Shown here: positions 36,581-49,843 of the stretch, piece by piece | Layout: every line of letters begins with the position of its first letter | Numbering within the stretch: the first letter of the stretch is position 1 | Assembly: GCA_951406725.2 (NCBI GenBank) | Contig: OX597817.1 | Span: 12,896,001-12,960,000 of the forward strand | Direction of reading: 5' to 3' | Origin: Octopus vulgaris | Lineage: Eukaryota | Length of the DNA: 64,000 nt | The notes under the pieces: generated by a model | The model's input: the letters and a program-made list of their open reading frames with translations, nothing else | What the model was told of the DNA's origin: nothing | Databases searched by the model: none | Made by a program: the position numbers and the translations under genes

Positions 36581-37670
36581 TGTAAGGAGATAATTATAAT
36601 AATTTTAACAATTTGCTAGTTAATTGGGATTAAGAATAACAATACAAATTTATTAACTCAGCAGTTTAAGTTTAATGAAACACTCAATCTTCCTATGGTC
36701 TTGTAGTGATGCAATCTTGGAAATCTCCAGCATGCATGCACAGAGTTGGATTTTCCGGGAGGCCTGCCAGAAGTTCCTTCATACGCATGCGCAGAAAACT
36801 AGCAGCAGTGAAATTCCTTCATGGATGGAAGCACTCTGTCGGTTATGACAATGAGGGTTCCAGTTGATCCGATCAACGGAACAGCCTGCTCGTGAAATTA
36901 ACGTGTAAGTGGCTGAGCACTCCACAGACACGTGTACCCTTAACATAGTTCTCGGGGATATTCAGCGTGACACAGAGAGTGACAAGGCCGGCCCTTTGAA
37001 ATACAGGTACAACAGAAACAGGAAGTAAGAGTGAGAGAAAGTTGTGGTGAAAGAGTACAGCAGGGATCACCACCATCCCCTGCCGGAGCCTCGTGGAGCT
37101 TTAGGTGTTTTCGCTCAATAAACACTCACGATGCCCGGTCTGGGAATCGAAACCGCGATCCAACAACCGCGAGTCCGCTGCCCTAACCACTGGGCCATTG
37201 CGCCTCCACTTTAAGTTTAATGAAACACTCAATCTTCCTATGGTCTTGTAGTGATGCAATCTTGGAAATCTCTAGCACGCATCCGGGAGGCCTGCCGGAA
37301 GTTCCTTCATACGCATGCGCAGAAAACTAGCAGCAGTGAAATTCCCTCATATCGCTCTCTCTCGAACGCCGGCAGTTGAACAGGACAGTCGTGTTTTATC
37401 AGCTCTCTCAAGCTGCTACATCGTGGTGTTTCTCCGCTATGCTTGAACGGACAGGATTTGGCTCACTCCACTTGACTACTGCGATAAGCTCCTAGGCTGC
37501 CGATTCGCCCAGAAAGAAGAATGTATATATTGTGAATCAAGAAATAAATATTTATGCTGTTGAAGTTAATCGGAAGTTTTGACTCTTTCTTTCGATTAAT
37601 ATTTTTAATGTAAAGGATGCGAGCTGCACCCATCCAGTGCGGGGACCTTTCATCCTGTTACAGTCTTACA
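36581..37670. mobile_element. Possible solo LTR (TGTAAG...CTTACA) interrupted by SINE B
   Basis: TG..CA inverted ends and an internal AATAAA; no clear TSD. Confidence 0.4.
36823..37209 (-). mobile_element. SINE family B flanked by a ~150-bp direct duplication
   Basis: Full-length SINE; 36665-36822 is repeated at 37210-37350. Confidence 0.9.
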
Positions 37671-37784
37671 GCTTTTAACAGTGATATGAAGCAGGGCATT
37701 GGCAACTAAATATTTAAGACAGTTTCAGCTGTAGGATATAAACTACATATATTTCATGCCCTTTAAGTAAAAGCCATATAAATA

Positions 37785-37846
37785 AGAGTGTGTGTGTGTG
37801 TGTGAGTGAGAGAGAGAGACAGAGAGAGAGACAGAGAGACAGAGAC

Positions 37847-37887
<41 letters not shown>

Positions 37888-37968
37888 CACAGACACACAG
37901 ACTGACAGAAACAGACAGACAGACAGACAGACAGAGCCAGAGAAAGAGCAAGAAAGAGAGAAAGAGAG
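37785..37968. repeat. (GT)/(GA)/(GACA) compound microsatellite
   Basis: Directly visible. Confidence 0.95.
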
Positions 37969-38006
37969 CATGCAGGCATGCACATGTAATGCTTTTTAGT
38001 TCTTAC

Positions 38007-38223
38007 TTTAGTTCATTACTGGGTTTCTTTCCATCAATGATTTTGACATAGTCATGGTGACATGTTGAATGACTTTCAAGTGCAAATTGCGTGAAAACCA
38101 ATGTTATTAATAGCTGGGGATCCACAATAATATTCCAGGTGCATTGTATTCCGTTTGGATAAGAATCACCTTTCAGGGGACTGGCAACTGTACCCAATGG
38201 TCCTGTCAGAACACCACCACAAC
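38007..38223 (-). CDS. CUBN: Cubilin-like exon, CUB5 N-half (GCGGVLTGPLGTVASPLKGDSYPNGIQCTWNIIV...CHHDYVKIIDGKKPSNELK)
   Basis: tttgaag acceptor, AA|gtaag donor, phase 1 to 2, 217 bp. Confidence 0.9.
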
Positions 38224-38599
38224 CTTCAAAAAGAAATCCAATAATATAGAATAATTTTGCAGACACTATTGAGGTATTTTTCTAACGGATTGCATTTCTT
38301 TGTAACTTTAAGTCTAATATCTTTCTATAAAAAAATTTCAAGTTTAAATATTAAACTTTCCACTACAAAATTAAATTTCATGAATATTCCAGTAAAACTA
38401 GTATTTTCTGGAAGTCACATTGCCTCTATAAACTTGACATATCTCAACAGAAAATAGTTTCAAACATGAAATTCCTTAATAAAGATAGACTGGTATATAA
38501 AACTGCTTAAAGGTAATGAAATTTTGAGTGGATGTGTATGCTTTTCCCAGTAAAAGAGTTAACTGCTATGCACTCATGCAATATAAAGAGTCAATTACA

Positions 38600-39007
38600 T
38601 CTCTTTTACGCTTTTACTTGTTTCAGCCATTTGACTGCGGCCATGCTGGAGCACCGCCTTTAATCGAGCAAATCGACCCCGGGACTTATTCTTTGTAAGC
38701 CCAGTACTTATTCTATCGGTCTCTTTTGCCGAACCGCTAAGTGACGGGGACATAAACACACCAGCATCGGTTGTCAAGCAATGCTAGAGGGACAAACACA
38801 GACACACAAACACACACACACATACATATACATATATATATATATACGACGGGCTTCTTTCAGTTTCCATCTACCAAATCCACTCACAAGGCATTGGTCG
38901 GCCCGGGGCTATAGCAGAAGACACTTGCCCAAGATGCCACGCAGTGGGACTGAACCCGGAACCATGTGGTTGGTAAGCAAGCTACTTACCACACGGCCAC
39001 TCCTGCA
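38600..39007 (-). mobile_element. SINE family A
   Basis: Full-length copy. Confidence 0.9.
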
Positions 39008-39246
39008 CCACATCATTTACTTTTTATTATAAAATGAACCCAGTATTCTGCAAAGTGGTCAATGAACAAAACAAAAAAAAGACAACACAAAGTAGCAATA
39101 ACTTTGTAGTCTTGTCAAGGACACAATCTCTCAAGAACTGGTGCCACAATAAAATGCATTAAGTACGTTTTGTAAAGTGGTTGATGAGAGGAAGAACATC
39201 CACTCATAGAAAACATGCCAATAATGGAACAAGTTCATGAGACATA

Positions 39247-39853
39247 CAAGGTGGTATCAAAAAGTTCCCGGACTAGTTCTGTAGCATGCCAACAGATGGC
39301 AGCACATTGTTGTGTGTACAGTAAGAACTAGTAGAGACCTACCAAATGATAGCGCTGTGTTTACTTTGCAAGTTGTGAAATTTATGTTTTTGTGATCACA
39401 TGTACGTTGTAATCTGTGATTTTGTCATGGACAGGAATAAAGAGCCAATGTGAAATTTTGTGTTAAACTTGAGAAGTCTGTTACAGAGACACTTGAACAT
39501 GCTTTAGTAAGCTTATGGTTTTGAGGCAAGTGTTTCAAGTGGCATGGATGCTGCAAAAGTGGAAGAACATCCCTAGAAGATGATGAGCAAAGTGGAAGAT
39601 GTGCGAAGTTAAATCCAGAAATGTAGTACTCTCTTTTACTCTTTTACTCTTTTACTTGTTTCAGTCATTTGACTGCGGCCATGCTGGAGCACCGCCTTTT
39701 AGTCGAGCAAATCGACCCCGGGACTTATTCTTTGTAAGCCCAGTACTTATTCTATCGGTCTCTTTTGCCGAACCGCTAAGTGACGGGGACGTAAACACAC
39801 CAGCATCGGTTGTCAAGCAATGCTGGGGGACAAACACAGACACACAAACACAT

Positions 39854-39886
<33 letters not shown>

Positions 39887-40551
39887 CATATATACGACAG
39901 GCTTCTTTCAGTTTCCGTCTACCAAATCCACTCACAAGGCATTGGTCGGCCCGGGGCTATAGCAGAAGACACTTGCCCAAGATGCCACGCAGTGGGACTG
40001 AACCTGGAACCATGTAGTTGGTTAGCAAGCTACTTACCACACAGCCACTCCTAGAATTCATCTTCCAGGGCCAGACCATCAATCGAGAGTGTTCATGTGA
40101 CGTTTTTGAAGTGTTTGAGAGAGAACATTTAGCAAAAGTAACCTGATCTGTAGAGCTCAAAGAATTGGATCATTCATGATGACAATGTACCTTGTCATTG
40201 AGCTCTCTTCACTTGTGAGTTTCTCATCATAAACAACATAATCTCACTTCCACACCCACCCTATTCACCAGATTTAGCACTTGCGGACTTCCATCTCTTC
40301 CCAAAGAGGAAAATACAACTCAAAGGTCGTTATTTTAACACCATTGCTGAGATCAAGAGTGAATCGTAGAAGGTTTTTGACTCGCTTACAGAAAATGACT
40401 TCCAGGCTGGATTCCAAAAGTGACAGGAACATTGGGACTGGTGTATTGCTATGTAAGGTAACTATTTCGAAGGAAATGATGTTAAAAATTAGGTAAATAA
40501 GTTATTTTTTATTAAACATAACTAGTCCTGGAACTTTTTGATACCACCTTG
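39247..40551 (+). mobile_element. Mariner remnant with TIRs, interrupted by SINE A (39628-40052)
   Basis: TA|caaggtggtatcaaaaagttcc.ggactagt ... actagtcc.ggaactttttgataccaccttg|TA; HDDN and PPYSPDLA motifs. Confidence 0.88.
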
Positions 40552-40734
40552 TAATCCTCAATATGTCTGACTGGGTAACCATGTATCTCCTCTACAGCAA
40601 AACACTTGTTCCTATCCCTCTGTCACACTCTACTTCTCGTCACCTGGCGCAAGACCACCTCCTCCAATGCCCCTTTCTCAAAGGATCTTTCATCTTGCAA
40701 GTTACTTGGAGACCCCACCAGTGCTGGTGCATCC

Positions 40735-42505
40735 AGGCCACACTTTAAAATCTGGAGGATGAAAGGGATCAGAGGGTAGAAGTTTCTGTGGTGGAGGGAC
40801 CAGTGGAGGGGTTAATTGGGAAGAAGTAGAGGAAGCAATGAGGGAAATGAAAACAGGGAAGGCAGCTGTCCATCGGAAGTAAGTGTGGAAATGATAACTG
40901 CAAGTGGAGAGAGAGAGGGATTGTTGTGATGATGGAGCTCTGCCAGGGTGAGCTGAATGGAAGAGGAATGCCAGATGATTGGGTGCTAAATGTGGTGGTA
41001 CCGATCTTCAAGGGAAAGGGGGATGTGATGAGTTGTAGGGAATATAGGGGAGTAAAGTTATTGGGGCATGCAATGAAGATAGTGGAAAGGGAGTTGGAGG
41101 GGAGAATTCAGAAGTGGGTGGATGTGGATGAGATGCAATTTGGTTTTATGCCAGGAAGGGAGACAATAGATGCAGTGTTCATTGTAAGGAGATTGCAAGA
41201 GGAATACCAAGATAAGGAGAAGGAGTTGTACATGTGCTTCATTGATCTGGAGAAGGCATTTGACAGGGTTCCAAGGAAAGTGATTGAAGAAGAGAGGTTT
41301 ACTAGAAATAATAGTGAGGGCAGTGATGAGTTTGTACAAAGGGGTAAAGACAAGAGTTTGAATTGGATCAGAGCTGTCGGAGGAGTTTGCAGTGAAAGTT
41401 GGTGTGCATCAGGGATCTGTGTTGTCACTGTTGTTTGCAATAGTGGTTGATGTGGTGATGGAGAGTGCAAGAGAGGGATTGATAATGGAGATACTGTATG
41501 TGGATAACCTTGTTCTGATGAGTGAGATGATGGAGGGACTGGGGGAGAAGTTTTGGAAATGGAAGGAGGCGTTTGAAAGCAAGGGTTTGAAGGTAAACCT
41601 CAGGAAGACAAAGGTGATGGTGAGCGGGGCGGAAGGAGAAGTGTTAGTGAGTAAGGTGGGTCCATGTGGTGTATGTGGGAGGAGGTTAATGTGAAATGTG
41701 GTGTTGTGTATGAGGTGTGAGAAATGGATTCATGGTAGATGTACAAAAATGAAGGTGACCCCAAGACTGGCAAGAGAGTTTATTTGTGGAAGATGTGAGA
41801 AAGGAGATGGAGGGCTGGCAGAACCAGTGGAAATGCTATGTGACGAGGTGGAAATGGTGAGAGGGTTCTGTTATTTGGGAGATAGGGTGGATGTAAGTGG
41901 TGGATGTGAAGCAGCTGTGACAGCAAGAGCAAGACTTGACTGGGCAAAGTACAGGGAATGTGGAGCATTGTTATGTGGGAAAAGGTTCTCATTGAAGACG
42001 AAAGAAAGGGTCTATAGGAGTTGTGTGAGAGCTGCAATGCTGTATGGGAATGAGACATGATGTCTGAAGGAGAGAGAGATGGCAATTTTGAGAAGGACCA
42101 AGAGAGCAATGGTGAGAGAAATGTGTGGTATGAGGCTGTTTGATAAGGGGAGGACTGAGGACTTGATGGAGGATGCTGGGGCTGGAGGAATTGGTGGAAT
42201 GGCTGGCAAGGGCGAATGGAGTGCAGTGGTATGGGCATGTGTTGAGGAGGGACAAGGAACATGTTCTGAGAAGGGTGCTTGAGTTTGAGGTAAATGGACT
42301 ACAAAAGTGAGGAAAACTGAGGAAAAAGTGGAGAGGACAGGTGGAAGAGGAGATTGGGAGGGTTGGCTTGAGAAAGGAGGATGCCCCAAATTAGGCAAGA
42401 TGGCGAGATGGTATGAAGGCGGTTGCTATGGCATTGAGATAGATCCAACCATCCCTCTTAACAGGGACAAAACCCAGATTTAAAACACAGGATGATGATG
42501 ATGAT
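40735..42505 (+). mobile_element. RTE-clade LINE, RT region to 3' end, frameshifted
   Basis: PIFKGKGD, MQFGFMPGR.TIDAVF, CFIDLEKAFDRVPR, GVHQGSVLS.LLF, LYVDNL; (GAT)n tail. Confidence 0.92.
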
Positions 42506-42802
42506 AACTGATTCTCACCTTGTTGACTGTACATAGCTTGTTGAGGTGTATAAAATTATTGGATCTCTCAACTAGTATAATCCAGTGAAGTCCCCAAGTA
42601 CTGCCCAGTTCGTTGCCCTCTCATTTATTATCCTTTCTCCTATTCACTGTGCTCATGTGTGGCTAGGTATAATATTTGATCTGTCTGCATAAAATCCCAC
42701 CACCATCACAATTCATAAGTAACAGAGATGACATCAGATGTGTCAATTTCCGATACCCTCTGCCATGTGACTTAGTTGATATCTACCATACTCACTCGGT
42801 AT

Positions 42803-43016
42803 CCGTTTCTTTACTACCCACAAGGGGCTACACACAGAGGGGACAAACAAGGACAGACAAACATCGACCCCAGTGCGTAACTGGTACTTAATTTATCGAC
42901 CCCGAAAGGATAAAAGGTAAAGTCGACCTTGGCGGAATTTGAACTCAGAACGTAACAGCAGACGAAATACCGCTAAGCATTTCGCCCGGCGTGCTAACGG
43001 TTCTGCCAGCTCGCCG
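42803..43016 (-). mobile_element. SINE family C
   Basis: Head ggcgagctggcagaaccgttagcacgcc on minus. Confidence 0.85.
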
Positions 43017-43062
43017 CTGATACTCACTCAGCATCATATATTTCTGTTGCTTTCAGTTGCAT

Positions 43063-43097
<35 letters not shown>

Positions 43098-43267
43098 ATG
43101 ACATATCTATTGCTCTCCCCTTAGGAAGCTCATGCTGTTATCCACTCCTTCTCCTATCAACTGCCAATGTATAGCTATCATTGTCTCACTTCCATTTCTC
43201 CCTTGCATACTATCCTATCACTTTTTCCTCCCATCACACTCCATAAAAATAATTTCAATAAAATTCA

Positions 43268-43470
43268 CCTGGCCCCTGTGCCAGTGGCTCGTAAAAAGCA
43301 CCCACTACACTCACGGAGTGGTTGGCGTTAGGAAGGGCATCCAGCCATAGAAACATTGCCAGATCAGGCTGGAGCCTAGTGCAGCCTTCTGGCTCCCCAG
43401 ACCCCAGCTGAACCGTCCAACCCATGCTAGCATGGAAAGCGGATGCTAAACGATGATAATGATGCAGATG
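43268..43470 (+). mobile_element. RTE-tail short element
   Basis: Shared 3' end. Confidence 0.75.
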
Positions 43471-43618
43471 ATGAATTCATTTCTTGAGTTCTGTTATTGC
43501 ATCTACTACAGACACTGTTTTTCTTCTTTGTTAATCTGCTTGTAATCCCACTGCATTTCTTTTGTATGCACATAATTTCCATTGGGTATATATTAATATT
43601 TCTATAAAATTTGCACAT

Positions 43619-44038
43619 AGGCGCAGGAGTGGCTGTGTGGTAAGTAGCTTGCTAACCAACCACATGGTTCCGGGTTCAGTCCCACTGCATGGCATCTTGG
43701 ACAAGTGTCTTCTGCTATAGCCCCGGGCCGACCAATGCCTTGTGAGTGGATTTGGTAGACGAAAACTGAAAGAAGCCTGTCGTATATATGTATATATATG
43801 TATGTATGTGTGTATATGTTTGTGTGTCTGTGTTTGTTCCCCTAGCATTGCATGACAACCGATGCTGGTGTGTTTACGTCCCCGTCACTTAGCAGTTTGG
43901 CAAAAAGAGACCGATAGAATAAGTACTGGGCTTACAAAGAATAAGTCCCGGGGTCGATTTGCTCGACTAAAGGCGGTGCTCCAGCATGGTTGCAGTCAAA
44001 TGACTGAAACAAGTAAAAGAGTAAAAGAGTAAAAGAGA
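43619..44038 (+). mobile_element. SINE family A
   Basis: Full-length copy. Confidence 0.9.
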
Positions 44039-44094
44039 TAGAGAATCCTTAAAAGTTAAAATTTTAAGAATAAGAAACATTCAAAGTTACCAAC

Positions 44095-44254
44095 CTGCAT
44101 CATTTGTGGTATAATTTGCTCTAAAACCCAAACTTCCTGAGCCACCTTTGAACTCAATTCTCATTTGTCCTTGTGCAGTTATTGCAGGAGGGAGGTTAAC
44201 ATAATTACAATATTTGCCTAGTAGAGGAGAGGTCTTGGAAGTTCCTTGTCGAAT
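44095..44254 (-). CDS. CUBN: Cubilin-like exon, CUB4 C-half (IRQGTSKTSPLLGKYCNYVNLPPAITAQGQMRIEFKGGSGSLGFRANYTTNDA)
   Basis: Not in the ORF track; translated by hand. ttccag acceptor, CAG|gttgg donor, phase 0 to 1, 160 bp. Confidence 0.9.
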
Positions 44255-46372
44255 CTGGAAAGATTTAATTGAAAAATATTAAACAGTTTACTTTTCTTTA
44301 AATATTTGCTCACCTACAGTATGAAACAACTTCTGATGGGCAGCATTTACAATCCAGTTTAAATTTTTGATTGAAGCCAACCTACTCTAGATGAGGTTGG
44401 AAAAAGATGAATGTTATATATTCCCACTTTCCTCTGCTTTAAATTATATAGATATCATACTTAAATGCTTAAAAGAATTCAGTATTAATTCAAAAATGCA
44501 CTCTTTTCTGAAACAAACTCTTCGGTATTTTTTCTTTTTTTTTTTTAGTTAAGTATTTAGTATCAGGAATTTAAAGTTCCATATTGTATTTACCTGGACA
44601 TTATCCTTTGAGGTTCTTTTTTTTCCTACTTAGAACTTTAAAATATTTACAGAACAGCTAAGAAAAGTGCACATGTACACGCATGCATGCACACACATAC
44701 ACAGTGAAAGCTTTTCTCTACAGAAGCTAATTAATTTCCGGAGATCTGAGTCTGAGAGGTGTAAAGTCTGTTTCAAGTTTAGAAGGTGAATATAGTAAAG
44801 ATGTAATTTGTTTATTGACAATAGAAAGAGAATCAATTAGAACAACCTTTTTATTATAAAGGTAGTCCAACAAACAGGGATGTAGTAGGATTTTAGATAA
44901 CAGTTATTTGTTGACAACCAAAAGGCATCAAGTTACATTGATACAGCTAGCAATGTCAGCTTCCAAATACTATAAAAAGTACTCATGCTCAACTGAAGAC
45001 ACTAGAAATTTTTTGTTAGCTAATTGGCATAATTACAGAATCATCATCATTTAACATCCAATTTCCATGCTGGCATGGCTTAAACAGTTTGACTGAAACT
45101 GGTAAGCTGTAGAGCTGCACCAGGTTCCAGTCTAATTTGGCATGGTTTCTACAGCTGGATGCCCTTCCTAAAGCCAATGAATGAAACTAGAAGTATTTTA
45201 CTTGTTGCTGTTTAGCCTTAAGTCGTCCCTGATTGAGCAAACATGACCAAAAACACTCCAAGCATGACTATGTTTCGTTTATTTGGGTTTTTTGTAGGCA
45301 TAGTATATCTAGCAGCATTATCTAATGTATTGTCCTTCCATTTTAAAATGGTAGGGTGTAATTTGAGGGTGATTTTGTTGTTATTTCTAGCAAATGTTCT
45401 AACCACATAAATGATTCCATCTTAGTTTGCAGTATAAAAGTTAATGTCTGTAGAATAAGGTATAATTCATGAATACTGTACATGAATGCTATAAAGGAAT
45501 TTGATAGTTAAAAATAATGTATTTTCATATACATGTTCCGATTTCTTATATTAGAATAAGGCCACAAATCAATAAAGGAGAACATGATCAATTAAGCTGA
45601 ACCAACACATGACTAGTTCTTCTTTTATCAAACTATAAGGATGAAACATAAAATTTGTTTCAGTAGTACTTCAAATCAGAATGTAGAAGAACAGAATAGG
45701 CATTCAGTTATCACTCTACCTTTTACATGTAATTATTACCTTGTATATTCTATAATTATTGTCCCTGTTTACACCCTCATAGGTTCTCTGAAAGAATTCC
45801 AACTTGCCTGGTTTACAAATAAACCTGTGACATCTGCAACACTCCAGTCAAATCTTTGGGTACTATAGAAATGTTCTTTAACTTAAGCATTTTAGAACTT
45901 CCAAAACTATTGTAAAATGAAACATTTATTAATCTTTGCAGTTAGTAGATTACCAAACACCAGACCAAACTAGACTAAGTGCTTGTTTGATATTGAACTC
46001 CATTTTCTTTGGTTCTGGGTTCAAATCCTACCAGGATTAGCTTTGCTTTTAATTCTTTTGCCAGATCAGATTGGAGCCTGGTGCAGCCTTCTGGCTCGCC
46101 TGTCCTCAGTCAAACCGTCCAACCCATGGATTTGAAAAGTTAAAGTGAAATATCATGAGTCAGTGAATGAAGCAAATGAGTACAAATATAGAAAGTAAAT
46201 GAGCTGAAGAAGAAGTTGAGTACCAGAAACACTGGGTTTGGGTAATGCAGAAAAATAAATTGACTACAATAATTCAGATGAGAATGGGAAATACACAAGT
46301 CAAAAATACCTAAAGCTAAAATACAGAATGAAGTGATGTCAAAGAAGAAAATCTTCCATGGCAATTGATAAC

Positions 46373-46704
46373 TGGCTGGAAGCACTCCGTCGGTTACGAC
46401 GACGAGGGTTCCGGTTGATCCGAATCAACGGAACAGCCTGCTCGAGAAATTAACAAGTAAGTGGCTGAGCACTCCACAGACATGTGTACCCTTAACGTAG
46501 TTCTCGGGGATATTCAGCATGACACAGAGAGTGACAAGGCCGGCCCTTTGAAATACAGGTACAACAGAAACAGGAAGTAAGAGTGAGAGAAAGTTGTGGT
46601 GAAAGAGTACAGCAGGGATCACCACCATCCCCTGCCGGAGACTCGTGGAGCTTTTGGTGTTTTCGCTCAATAAACACTCACAACACCCGGTCTGGGAATC
46701 GAAA
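46373..46704 (-). mobile_element. 5'-truncated SINE family B with 13-bp TSD
   Basis: TSD ggcaattgataac. Confidence 0.9.
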
Positions 46705-46839
46705 GGCAATTGATAACAATTGAATGGTGTCAACTAGTAAGCTGCAATACTGCAGTCAACATCAACAAACTGCAGGGAAAGTTGTTGCTTATGAATTTTC
46801 AAATTGAAAATTTCAGATATAGAATAAAGAAATACTTAC

Positions 46840-47039
46840 TTCAATATAGTTTGAAGTACAATTAGTACCATTTATACTTTGATCATAATAAGAATATATT
46901 TCAAATATTAGTGAAATCAGTTTTGACGGTTGTTGCCAGATAACATATATGCATATTTCATTTGTATCATTGTCTCCACTTGCTCCATAGAATGGTGTCT
47001 GGAGTACTCCTGATGGTTCTCTGTAAGTTCCACCACAAG
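46840..47039 (-). CDS. CUBN: Cubilin-like exon, CUB4 N-half (ACGGTYREPSGVLQTPFY...CIYVIWQQPSKLISLIF...CTSNYIE)
   Basis: ttctag acceptor, GAA|gtaag donor, phase 1 to 0, 200 bp. Confidence 0.92.
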
Positions 47040-48194
47040 CTAGAAAAGAATGAACAATCACATATTACTAGAAATTGTTATAATTAGAGTATTTTTCAGG
47101 ATAGAGTAAATGAAAGTTTCAAAATTAAGCACAATCTGATATTTTCTGCAAAAAAGAGTATTTTACTGTTTAGCTTCAGTTTCATGGCATGAAGCAAACA
47201 AGAGGTAACACACACCCTGGACGAGATGTTAGTTTATCACAGATAACTTTCCTATATCACTGGTACCTATTCATAATATCCAGGTGAACTGAAGTTATGT
47301 AAAATAAAGAATTCTGCCCCAAAACATAACCAAACAATTTGAACTGACAATCCATGAGCATGCAGATGAAACACTAATTCACTTAGCCATTTCTAATTTC
47401 TCTATTTATGGCACTTTTTCTCACATTCTCTTCATGTGTCATGTCCATAGATATTGGTAATTATAAACTTCTATACTCACAATTAAAGATTCATGATTTT
47501 TTTTAAGGAAAGATGCAGCATTTTTATGTTCGCTTCTGCCAGTTCATTTACATTTGGCTCTGCTAGTCTCCTGCTCTCCTGAGTTCAGCAATGACACACA
47601 GGGCTTTTTTTAATCATTACAGAGGGAGACTGGTTCATGTGATAACAGAGCATTTTATGGTCTGTTAATAATATTCTTTTATACATGGTTGAGCTTAAGA
47701 TGCATATCTTCACCTACATAACTCCAATCCAGCTAATTTTCTTTGCAACATGTTGCTCTTGAATTTAGTTGAGCTGGGTGACATCTCTCAACTGGAATCT
47801 CTTCATATTCCAACAGAAACAAACAACCTACTTTTACTCTGAAAGGCAAACTCTAATTAACTGAAAATGTAAATGAAAGTAGCAAATGTTTTTGCTAAAA
47901 GCCTAATAAAAGATATGACTTACAGTAATATGACAGTACCACTATTGTTTCCTTTTTAGAAATAAGTTCAAATGTCTTTTAAGCATTCATTTAAGTTTGC
48001 ATTGTGCAATTGTATAATCTGGTGAATTGTTTAAGGCAGGTAAGCTTCAGTTCTATATTTGGTATGATGGCATTTCATTAGCTATCAAGTGAGTGAGGTT
48101 ATATCATAAGCTAAGGTAGATTTATGAAACTTTTTAAGTTTAAACTGATACTTCTATGTAAATAGTCCAACATCCTGGTCATTTGATCATTACT

Positions 48195-48640
48195 TTTCAA
48201 AGAATCGAGGAATGTGAAGACGCAGGCTGGAAAGCAGAACATTTTCCAATTGTAGTCAGATGTAGAGGGTTCATTGGACACAGTATGAGACGACTGTTGT
48301 TATTGTTAGGCCTAACTCATCGTAAATTCAATACCACCATGACCGATATCCAAACAACAGTGGAGAAGGCTAGCCACTGGATTTGGTTAAAAAGAGACGA
48401 TGAGCAATGGCTAGAAAAATATTGAGCTTTATTTGATAATCAGCTGATCTAGCAAGCGGGGCCTCATATCAGTGAGGGGGGGGGCGGTGCACATTGATGC
48501 CATCAAGATGTAGGCCCCAAAACAGTGTGCATTCTCTCCTGATGACCCCATACACTTGCTGGCTTCTGGTATGCAGAGTTTTTGACGGGTAGCACTTGCA
48601 TGTGCAAGTTGTTTGCAAGACATATTAGGATACTGGACAA
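48195..48640 (+). mobile_element. HERO/NeSL-like (REL-endonuclease) LINE 3' fragment
   Basis: GWKAEHFPIVVRCRGFIGHS..LG..VEKASHWIWLKR resembles the HERO C-terminus. Confidence 0.65.
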
Positions 48641-49288
48641 TTCACTGCCTTAAATCTAAATACTTCATACCAGTCATGTGCTACGTCTATGAACAAATAT
48701 CTTGAAAACATAATCCGTAAAACAATTCTGCCAACAAGGAGCCCCTACGTGGTTGTTCAATCTGCTAGAAACAACAACCAAATCTTCCTTAAAAAAAAAA
48801 TCGAAGGAAACATTGACCAATGTACACACACAAAATGATGGGATGATCAGAGTAGGAATAGCTTTGATTGAAGATTTTCTTGCTCTTGGATGACACATAG
48901 CTGAACAATAACAATCCAATAAGGACATTGGATCCTAAGTTTCCTTCAAGTTTACCAAGTCATCGTCATTACTCATACCAAAGAAATAACACTCAACTAA
49001 AAACTAGATTTCACAATTTTTACTTTCATGGTAACCACACATTCTTTTATTCTAATTACTGATTTCAGTGATTGGACTGGACATAGTAATTTACATTTAT
49101 TAACTGGTTATTATTTTAACCTCAGAAAACCTGACTTCGGGTATCAACCAATAGAAATTCAAGATGAACATCAATTGCATTGATCTCACAAGTCTGGGAG
49201 AACTGGCATGGCTTCAAACTAAAATATATACATAGTTTTATAATGAACCAAAATCCAAATCTCACAAATGAAAAGTTATAAAACTCAC

Positions 49289-49445
49289 CAACTTTCCACC
49301 GGGCTCTGAAACCCATGTGGGTATCAGAAACGTTAGATTTAAAATGTACCCAAATACTATTCTGGTTTGAGAAAATTTCTGATGGTTTGGTTTGTCCGCA
49401 ATAGCGACCAATCAAAGGAGAGACTGGTAATGAACCATCGCGAAC
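49289..49445 (-). CDS. CUBN: Cubilin-like exon, CUB3 C-half (VRDGSLPVSPLIGRYCGQTKPSEIFSNQNSIWVHFKSNVSDTHMGFRARWKV)
   Basis: ttcag acceptor, G|gtgag donor, phase 0 to 1, 157 bp. Confidence 0.93.
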
Positions 49446-49843
49446 CTGAAAAACAGAATAAAAACATGATTTTTGGTTGATTAAAAATTTTCATAGAAAT
49501 GAAAACTTGACAGAAACAATTTGATAGAAAGTCAAATTGTTTTGAAACTCAGAATTTACATTACAAATGACAACATGCATCGTAAAATGTTAACTATTTC
49601 TATACAAAATTATTGACTTCTTATTTGGGTACAAGGTCAAACCTTTCATGAGCAGTAACAATCACTGTTATTGACCTTAATAATTTACTGGTATGTATTT
49701 TATGGACCTGAAAGGATGAAACTTAAAGGAACTTCAATAGGACTTTCATCATTCAAGAGTGGATAAAATAAAGAACCTGTTACAAAATCATTGATAAAGA
49801 ACTGCTAAAATACTGGATTCATAGAAAATTTAATTTGCAAAAC

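Noticed and set aside
48510-48555. AAAC...CTGATGA in the HERO 3' UTR as a further hammerhead
   Set aside because: GAAA is absent and I could not form convincing stems.
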